Positions 57,868-64,000 of a DNA stretch of 64,000 nucleotides are shown one piece after another (position 1 is the first letter of the stretch; the number at the start of each line of letters is the position of its first letter). Where the stretch lies: IMG/VR virus record IMGVR_UViG_3300028586_000750; one strand, written 5' to 3'. The position numbers and the translations under genes are program-made. Source of the stretch: a virus. The notes below the pieces were generated by a model. That model made no database searches. It had not been told where the DNA came from and worked only from the letters and a program-made list of their open reading frames with translations.

Positions 57868-58065
57868 CTTTGCCCCCACCACAGGACTTGAACCTGTAAA
57901 AGAGGCGCTAAATCGCGGCCTCTTGTTTTGCCAGCTAAACTAGACGGGGATAAGAACTAATTGGTCTTTCACTTATTCTGAAAGCATATTTAGTTCTAAG
58001 TTGGTAACTCACTCGTTACCCTTTCAATACTTTAACTCTACACCATGCTACTGACAAAAGTCAAA
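57868..58065 (-). repeat. copy A of ~195-bp duplicated promoter-leader-tRNA-like unit
   Basis: Near-identical to 58484-58676. Confidence 0.95.
57873..57949 (-). ncRNA. tRNA-like RNA with 13-nt anticodon loop
   Basis: CCCCGTC/GGTGGGG, GTTT/AAAC, AGAGG-CCGCGATTTAGCG-CCTCT, ACAGG-TTCAAGT-CCTGT. Confidence 0.8.
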
Positions 58066-58402
58066 CTAGAACAAAGTTTGCTTTAAGAATTTCTAGAGCC
58101 TGCTTAGTATAGTTAAGATTTGACTTGATGCGAAGGTTAGTCTGGAAAGCAAAAAGCATTTCGTTAGAAGAAACTAGGGCCTCTTCCATACTCACACCTT
58201 CTGGGGTCATAGCAGAAAGCTGTTCCCACTGCTCAAAACGCAGTACCTCTAGCTGAATGATTTGCTCCTGAACAGCCTCTACAAGCTCAAGAACATCCTC
58301 AGTCTGAGAACCGGAAGCCTGAATTGCAACTGCCTTATCCTTAACCCTGCTGATGAAAGTATCAGTGTTTAGCTGGTTCAGCTTTGCTACTACGTTGGTC
58401 AT
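58061..58402 (-). CDS. coiled-coil protein, paralog of 58672-59001
   Basis: MTNVVAKLNQL / MTNVATRLEYL; shared QEQIIQLEVL..EQWE.L.AM.P. Confidence 0.8.
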   Translation of the reverse strand: MTNVVAKLNQLNTDTFISRVKDKAVAIQASGSQTEDVLELVEAVQEQIIQLEVLRFEQWEQLSAMTPEGVSMEEALVSSNEMLFAFQTNLRIKSNLNYTKQALEILKANFVLV

Positions 58403-58483
58403 ATGCTTAGTCTTTCTCTCGATGAAACCGTTTAATTAACACATGCTCAATTTATGAACATCACATAAGACACTATTTTGTGT

Positions 58484-58676
58484 CTTTGCTCCCACCACAG
58501 GACTTGAACCTGTAAAAGAGACTACGCGGCCTCTTGTTTTGCCAGCTAAACTAGACGGGAATAAGAACTAATTGGTCTTTCACTTATTCTGAAAGCATAT
58601 TTAGTTCTAGGTTAGCAACTCACTCGTCACCCTTTCAATACTTTAACTCTACACCACGCCACTGACAAAAGTCAAA
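58484..58676 (-). repeat. copy B of ~195-bp duplicated unit
   Basis: Near-identical to 57868-58065. Confidence 0.95.
58489..58560 (-). ncRNA. tRNA-like RNA with 8-nt anticodon loop
   Basis: TCCCGTC/GGTGGGA, AGAGG-CCGCGTAG-TCTCT, ACAGG-TTCAAGT-CCTGT. Confidence 0.8.
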
Positions 58677-59001
58677 TACCAAACTTAGTTTTTAGTTTAT
58701 TCATAATTTCTTGGTTAATATCAATATAAGCTTGGATTTGCATGTAACGCTGAGTGGGTAGCAAAAGCTCTAGCGAACCCATTGACCCATCTTCAACTGC
58801 GGGAGCCATGGCTTGAAGCTCTTCCCACTGGTCTAGAAGAAGTATCTCTAGTTGAATAATTTCTTCCTGCAACTGCATAACAATTGCAGAATACGCCTCA
58901 GGCCCTTTATTTGCGCTAGAAATCTCCACAAGAACGCTAGAGAGATTATTCATCACAAAATTATTAGATAGGTATTCAAGCCTTGTTGCTACATTAGTCA
59001 T
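58672..59001 (-). CDS. coiled-coil protein, paralog of 58061-58402
   Basis: Shared QEEIIQLEIL..DQWEEL.AM.P segment. Confidence 0.8.
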   Translation of the reverse strand: MTNVATRLEYLSNNFVMNNLSSVLVEISSANKGPEAYSAIVMQLQEEIIQLEILLLDQWEELQAMAPAVEDGSMGSLELLLPTQRYMQIQAYIDINQEIMNKLKTKFGI

Positions 59002-59022
59002 AGTTTTCTTTCTTTATTTCGG

Positions 59023-59556
59023 TTACTTGCTTAGGACAAGGGGTGTGTTGGTTTCGTTACGACGCTGAGCCTTAGCATCCTGGCGCTGTACCTTAACAAG
59101 GTCAATCGCAGCGTCAATGGATGTATCATCCTTAAGATGGTTTAGAGCATGACCGTTACCAAGCTTAAGCTTGGACTGCTCGGCAAGGAACGAACGAAGA
59201 GCATTCCCGTACTTGTGAGTGAAAGTAAACTCATCAGGTAACACGTAAGGCTGCATCTTCTCTGCAAGGAAGTTACGACGCTCAGCATCATTCTCGAGAG
59301 CGTTAAAAGTTACAGTGTCGCTCTTAATGGTCGCAAGGATGTGGTCGAACATGGAGCCGTGCTCTTTCCATCGAGCACGCTCAACAGCGGCACGCTCAGC
59401 CTTGTAAGCATACTCTGCCGCAGTAATCTTACGAGCCTTGTCTTGCTTGTAATCGTAAATAATATCCTTAATAACCATTTCCCAAATAAACCAACAAATG
59501 AGAGCTACATAGATAACGGGAAGCAGTAGCACTAGAAGAATAATAGGATTAAACAT
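59023..59556 (-). CDS. membrane-anchored hypothetical protein
   Basis: N-terminal TM then coiled coil. Confidence 0.75.
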   Translation of the reverse strand: MFNPIILLVLLLPVIYVALICWFIWEMVIKDIIYDYKQDKARKITAAEYAYKAERAAVERARWKEHGSMFDHILATIKSDTVTFNALENDAERRNFLAEKMQPYVLPDEFTFTHKYGNALRSFLAEQSKLKLGNGHALNHLKDDTSIDAAIDLVKVQRQDAKAQRRNETNTPLVLSK

Positions 59557-59695
59557 AATTTTGACGGTACTTTCTCATAAAGTGTTCGTGGTTAAGCGGT
59601 ATAAAGTAATCGTAGCACGACATTTCCAGTAGCGCAACCAAGTGTAGATACAGCTTTTGTTTGCCTGATTACATATTTTCTGTTATAAATAAAAC

Positions 59696-60397
59696 ATGTC
59701 ATCTTTTCCCCAAAACTGCAAAGCGAAAGACCCTCTTAAATGCCGTCATCATTCACCTTTCAAAAATTCTTTACCACAAGCAGAGAAAACTGTTAAGACT
59801 AAGAAAGCACCTGAACTTGTTGTGTCTCGTGGCGTAAAAGTTATCAAAGGTAAATTCCAATCCGGAGACTTTGCCAAAGGTTTCAATACACCTGACAGCA
59901 TTAATGGTTATTACGACGGTTCATGGGAAGAAGTTGAAAAACTTGTTAAGAAGCACCGTAAAGACTTTGAACCTGGTACAGGTAGCGTTGATAACGACGT
60001 AATCCTTGTAAACGTACCCGCTAAAGGCTTCTATACAGCCATCACAGCGATTGACGATGACAATAAGCATCTTGTAGAAGAGAAAGATTATGTCCGCCGT
60101 GAAGGCGAAAAATCAGTTGGTATCAAAACAATTAAAGGAAAGAAAGAACCAGCTAAGTTTGTAAAAGTTGTTTGTTATCGTGCAGATGTTTTAGCACAAG
60201 ATGATGGTCGTACAACTGATGCTGAATGGGAGATTGTAGCAATTAATGCTCAATCTGATGAGTACACACCTATGCACCCAACTACAATGTTACGTAATGC
60301 TAATCATGATGAAGGTGGAACGTTAAGAGAATACTCAGATAAAGATTGGTCTGACGCTTATTCTTACTGGGACACGCATGCTTACCTTGAAGATTAA
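59696..60397 (+). CDS. hypothetical protein with N-terminal Cys/His module
   Basis: CKAKDPLKCRHH; TATAAATA just upstream of ATG. Confidence 0.78.
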   Translation: MSSFPQNCKAKDPLKCRHHSPFKNSLPQAEKTVKTKKAPELVVSRGVKVIKGKFQSGDFAKGFNTPDSINGYYDGSWEEVEKLVKKHRKDFEPGTGSVDNDVILVNVPAKGFYTAITAIDDDNKHLVEEKDYVRREGEKSVGIKTIKGKKEPAKFVKVVCYRADVLAQDDGRTTDAEWEIVAINAQSDEYTPMHPTTMLRNANHDEGGTLREYSDKDWSDAYSYWDTHAYLED

Positions 60398-60406
60398 CTA
60401 GACATA

Positions 60407-60450
60407 ACTAAGTAATGCCCCACCAAATATTTGGTGGGGCATTACTTAGT
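60407..60450. repeat. palindrome family member, 20-bp stem
   Basis: actaagtaatgccccaccaa atat ttggtggggcattacttagt. Confidence 0.85.
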
Positions 60451-60826
60451 TTGCAACCTGCGTATCAGTTGTCGTGTACTCTTCCATTTTTTGAGTAAGA
60501 CGAGAAAGTTCAGGTCCACTGTGAAAACTGTAAGCCTGGAAAATCCTGTCTAGGTACTCTTTATGCTTACTATCAAGTTTACTAGTGTCACCTACAGGCC
60601 ATGTAGTTAGAATATATGCGCCTTTGTGATAAGACATAAGTTCCGTATAGCGTGGACCTGTTTTGGTATGTGTGAAATATTCAGAGAATAGTGGCACATA
60701 AAGTGCACGCTGATAAAGAGTGTCAGCTAGGAAACAAAGTTTATGCAACTTCATTGAAGACATACCCTGGTCATTACGCTTATGCGAAATGAAATACTGA
60801 GCTACATCTTGGATTGATAACGTCAT
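60446..60826 (-). CDS. Panacea-domain (DUF4065/SocA-like) antitoxin
   Basis: DVAQYFI...MSSMKLHKLCFLA..LY...LF.E.F....GP; ELSRLT. Confidence 0.82.
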   Translation of the reverse strand: MTLSIQDVAQYFISHKRNDQGMSSMKLHKLCFLADTLYQRALYVPLFSEYFTHTKTGPRYTELMSYHKGAYILTTWPVGDTSKLDSKHKEYLDRIFQAYSFHSGPELSRLTQKMEEYTTTDTQVAN

Positions 60827-60952
60827 TATCTGCTTTCTTTATTGACAAAATTATTTATGTATCAATTAAACCATTTTTGATAAAAGTTGTCAAGCTCAGT
60901 TTATTCCAAAACTAAAGGGACTGTCTACTTTAGGTAGACAATCCCTTTTAGC

Positions 60953-61114
60953 TTAATAACTTAATTGAACCGTGTTACTATCTGGTGCAATTTCTACAAC
61001 TTCAATATCATACCAAGCCACTGGATCATCTTGGTAATCATCATAAGTGTAATATGTTACAGGTAAATCTTTTGGTAACTTTTGTAGCTTTTCAATCAAT
61101 TCATTTACAGTCAT
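60953..61114 (-). CDS. small hypothetical protein (53 aa)
   Basis: Hand translation MTVNELIEKLQKLPKDLPV...; same opening pattern as 62294-62446. Confidence 0.65.
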   Translation of the reverse strand: MTVNELIEKLQKLPKDLPVTYYTYDDYQDDPVAWYDIEVVEIAPDSNTVQLSY

Positions 61115-61240
61115 TTCTTTTCCTTATCTTGTTATAGTTTAATCTAACTCAATACTAGATAAAGTAAAGTTGATGCAAATAAGGTGGTAGATACTTTTTC
61201 AAATATCTACCACCTTACTAAACATAATCTGGGATTATGT

Positions 61241-61636
61241 TCAATCTTTCTTCTCGGTTACAAATACTTCGTATCCCCAACCGTAGTAGCCGTTGTCACT
61301 ACCAGAGCTACGAACAATTTCTGTTTTGATTCCTTCGGCATAAACAAACATGCGAAGCGTTGCTTCGTCAGGTCCGCTTGTGTTGAACTCGTCAACAACT
61401 TCTACGTTCGTGATGACCTGTGTAGGTGCATCGTTAGGTGCGTCAACTGACCAGTATCCGTTTGAACAACCGCCACATCCGTAAGACTCTGTTGCCTTAA
61501 GAATAGTACCGTTGTCAAGTACAAACTCAATTGAGTCTGTGTGGTATGGTGCTTTGATTTTGCGTGTTTCTACAATACGTCGTCCAACCATAATCTTGCG
61601 AAGACGGTCAGTGTCGTTGTATGTAATTTCATTCAT
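61241..61636 (-). CDS. hypothetical actinophage-type protein
   Basis: YGCGGCSNG...DNGYYGWGY; AGGAG RBS. Confidence 0.75.
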   Translation of the reverse strand: MNEITYNDTDRLRKIMVGRRIVETRKIKAPYHTDSIEFVLDNGTILKATESYGCGGCSNGYWSVDAPNDAPTQVITNVEVVDEFNTSGPDEATLRMFVYAEGIKTEIVRSSGSDNGYYGWGYEVFVTEKKD

Positions 61637-61890
61637 GTTTTTCTCCTAATTGGTTTTGTGTTTTCTATATCCAAAATAGTTTTTACACAGTTCCAAAATA
61701 AGGAGGTTACTGAATTATTTAATTTTAAAGTTTGTTATGGATGCCGAAATCCGTTCCATACCCAGACCCGCTAGTTCTGTTTCTGGTTTAGCCTGCGCAG
61801 CCACTCAACACCAGCAGAGCTTTTACTTTTCACTGGAATTCATCCGAGAGGCGTAAAAGAACCTTTAACATAATTTTGTTAATGCCGCAG

Positions 61891-61972
61891 TGCTCCCGGT
61901 GGGACTTGAACCCACACTTCTTGCGAAACTTGATTTTAAGTCAAGCGTGTCTGCCAATTCCACCACAAGAGC
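61891..61972 (-). tRNA. tRNA-Leu(UAA), second copy
   Basis: Class II cloverleaf, CTTGA-CTTAAAA-TCAAG. Confidence 0.95.
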
Positions 61973-62104
61973 ATATGGTACCGTTAGCTTCGCGCATGCA
62001 TTCGCTTAGCTGAAAAAGGGAAGTGAGCCACGGTTCCGTACCGCTCACCGACTGTAGTAGTCCCGTAGGACACTACCCAGCAATTATAGTCATTTTCATG
62101 ACCG

Positions 62105-62178
62105 TGGACCTGATGGGACTCGAACCCACAACATTCTGCGTGCAAGGCAGACGCTCTACCAATTGGAGCTACAAGCCC
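62105..62178 (-). tRNA. tRNA-Ala(UGC)
   Basis: TCTGC-CTTGCAC-GCAGA, G3:U70 identity pair. Confidence 0.96.
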
Positions 62179-62293
62179 GTATTATCTCTATTTAATTAGA
62201 TGAGGTTGGTCCGAAACTTGTTCTCCCGGCATCCCCTCGTTCTTTAATTATTCTAGCACATAATATCTGCATATACCAACTATTTTGTTACTT

Positions 62294-62446
62294 TTAGTCA
62301 GATAAATGAATTGAGTCGCGCATAGTTGTTTGAACATCAGCAACGCTAACCCACTGCGAAGGCCCCTCATCGTTTAACATAGGGACATAGACATCTGCGT
62401 TTTCTGGTAGCTCTTGAAGCTGTGCAATTAAATCTTTTACTCGCAT
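62294..62446 (-). CDS. small hypothetical protein (50 aa)
   Basis: Hand translation MRVKDLIAQLQELPENADV...; AAGGA RBS. Confidence 0.65.
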   Translation of the reverse strand: MRVKDLIAQLQELPENADVYVPMLNDEGPSQWVSVADVQTTMRDSIHLSD

Positions 62447-62491
62447 TATTTATCCTTTTCTTTAGTATAACGGATTTAAATTTTTATTATC

Positions 62492-62962
62492 TTATTTATT
62501 TTTCCACGGCTTACCATTAGTTTGTTGGCTATGGCAATTTGGGCATAAAAATCTTAGATTGGGCGCACGATTATCATAGTTGCGCCCATTTATATGGTCA
62601 ATTTCAAGTACAATAGGTTTACCATTATATTCTGAACCAATGCCGCAACCCTCACAGATATGCAATCTTCCAATATCCAGTAGTGCTCGGCGCAAATGAA
62701 CAGTTTTAGTTTTCCATTTATTAGCCTCTTCGAGGACCAAAATATCTTCAGGTGCTAACCGTTTTGCAGCTTGTTTGCCCTTCATGTGACCTTGACCTGT
62801 AAAGTGCGAGATATCAATACCAGCATTTATAATACGTCGTTTGATATGACTTTGGCTACCACCAGCGAGTGGTATCCCAAGTTCTCTTAAAACAGCCGCA
62901 ATACTAAAACTATCTGCAACAGCTTTAGCAAGAGTTTCTGTAGTGTACTTGTATTTGGTCAC
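62492..62962 (-). CDS. HNH endonuclease
   Basis: CEGC...LEIDHINGRNYDNRAPNLRFLCPNCH; GTG start, leaderless. Confidence 0.93.
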   Translation of the reverse strand: MTKYKYTTETLAKAVADSFSIAAVLRELGIPLAGGSQSHIKRRIINAGIDISHFTGQGHMKGKQAAKRLAPEDILVLEEANKWKTKTVHLRRALLDIGRLHICEGCGIGSEYNGKPIVLEIDHINGRNYDNRAPNLRFLCPNCHSQQTNGKPWKNK

Positions 62963-62986
62963 AGTCTAATTTTACCATAACATTAG

Positions 62987-63057
62987 GAACAGTAGTGGGA
63001 CTCGAACCCACATGCACCGCTAAAGTGCGGCGTAGTTTACCATTAGCTTATACTGTC
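62987..63057 (-). ncRNA. tRNA-like RNA with 8-nt (or 6-nt) anticodon loop
   Basis: GACAGTA/TACTGTT acceptor, CGCCG-CACTTTAG-CGGTG, GTGGG-TTCGAGT-CCCAC. Confidence 0.75.
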
Positions 63058-63311
63058 GAGAACCAATTTCTTGGACCCCTTTTTCAGTTGAGGCAGGTTT
63101 TCGAAGCCCTGCATACCGCTCTCACGCGCATTATCCCATTTTATGCTATCTCAACAGCACCATTGCTTCTATCCGCTGCCCGTCCTGTCTCAGGTACCTT
63201 GATTGAGGACTTCTTGCTTCTTTTCACTTTAGGTGTTTTGTTAATGAAGGGTGTACATTTCCTTCATTAATAAAACTATACTACTTTAAATCTACCTTGT
63301 CAAGTTCATTT

Positions 63312-63830
63312 TCAAACTTTATTTGAAGATTTTGCTGCTTCCCAGCCAGCTTTTGCGGCAACGGAACGAGGGTCAGTTAAAGCCTCAATTTGTTTCGCCA
63401 AAGCATTACCCAAAGCTTCCAATGGCTTTACGATTTCGGACCAAGGAGCGGCAACATGAATGTCTCGTGTAAGGATGCGTCCTGAATGACCGTCACCCCA
63501 AATGATAACAGGGGCAACCAAAGCGCCATTGATACCAAAGCTCAAATCATGAGTGTAACGGAAATCAAAAAGGTCTTCGTCATCATCAGTCATACGCTCT
63601 TTTAGAAGCTCTTCGTCAGTGAACGAGGTAATGTTAGCAGAGGAAAGATAAGCCCAGTTCTCATTCAACCATTCAAGCACTTCTACTAAAGTCCAGTCAA
63701 AGTCCCAAATTGTTTTTCCTGCAACACGAATGACAAGGTTTCCCCATGTACAGTTAGCTGCTGAGTCAGCAACAGACTGGTCTTTATCAAATGACAACGA
63801 CCAGTCAAATAAACCTTCATTGGTTGACAT
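63312..63830 (-). CDS. hypothetical acidic protein
   Basis: AGGAG RBS before MSTNEG. Confidence 0.75.
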   Translation of the reverse strand: MSTNEGLFDWSLSFDKDQSVADSAANCTWGNLVIRVAGKTIWDFDWTLVEVLEWLNENWAYLSSANITSFTDEELLKERMTDDDEDLFDFRYTHDLSFGINGALVAPVIIWGDGHSGRILTRDIHVAAPWSEIVKPLEALGNALAKQIEALTDPRSVAAKAGWEAAKSSNKV

Positions 63831-63918
63831 ATAGTTTACTCCTAAGTAGATAATTCTATGGGTTAAAAAGTTTAGGCTTATGATGAACACTTTTTACATG
63901 TTCATCATAAGCCTATGT

Positions 63919-64000
63919 TGGCACTTTAGGTGGGATTTGAACCCACATGTCCTTTCGGACAAGGCACCTTTGAAAGCGCCTCTCGTCTGCATTCCGCCAC
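63919..64000 (-). ncRNA. Leu-type tRNA-like RNA with 10-nt anticodon loop (5' end outside window)
   Basis: GTGGCGGAATG.CAGACG D arm, AGGCG-CTTTCAAAGG-TGCCT, same GTCC-GAAA-GGAC variable arm as tRNA-Leu(CAA), encoded CCA. Confidence 0.75.

Noticed and set aside
57378-57949. Expanded anticodon loops as tRNA introns, or as Sec/Pyl/suppressor tRNAs
   Set aside because: Insertions of 1-7 nt are too short for self-splicing introns, there is no bulge-helix-bulge, and no centred UCA/CUA/UUA anticodon
1059-60450. Palindrome family as a CRISPR array
   Set aside because: Copies are kilobases apart and separated by whole genes, not 30-40 nt spacers; no cas genes
1059-60450. Palindromes as integron attC sites
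   Set aside because: No consistent RYYYAAC/GTTRRRY cores or extrahelical bases, flanking genes are not co-oriented, and there is no integrase in the window
1-64000. Alternative genetic code (stop-codon recoding)
   Set aside because: Known enzymes are full length under code 11 and no suppressor tRNA is seen

Overview
64 kb of AT-rich (roughly 38-40% GC by eye), gene-dense DNA that reads as the accessory region of a large lytic phage, probably of an actinobacterial host. This is inferred: no capsid, terminase or polymerase gene lies in the window, but there are many short promoter-gene-terminator cassettes, leaderless genes, host-like membrane proteins and lipoproteins, an HNH nuclease and tRNA arrays. 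Recognisable proteins include gamma-glutamylcyclotransferase, a cyclic-phosphate receiver domain, an Arr-like ADP-ribosyltransferase, two HAD RNA-repair-type phosphatases, oligoribonuclease, 5'(3')-deoxyribonucleotidase, BI-1/YccA, peptidase C26, a RelA/SpoT-type HD hydrolase, TyrRS, a NERD nuclease, a deaminase and a Panacea antitoxin. Five large secreted proteins are also present (GH16, FN3 repeats, GH81, beta-helix, metallophosphoesterase). The right third holds 8 canonical tRNAs and an unusually rich non-coding RNA complement: 7 tRNA-shaped genes with intact acceptor, D and T arms but non-7-nt anticodon loops (two inside a tandem duplication), a ~350-nt ornate ROOL-like RNA, and several other structured spacers. 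A family of long palindromes with a conserved CCACCAG-N4-6-CTGGTGG core and a strand-polarised GAAAAGACA motif are dispersed across the window.
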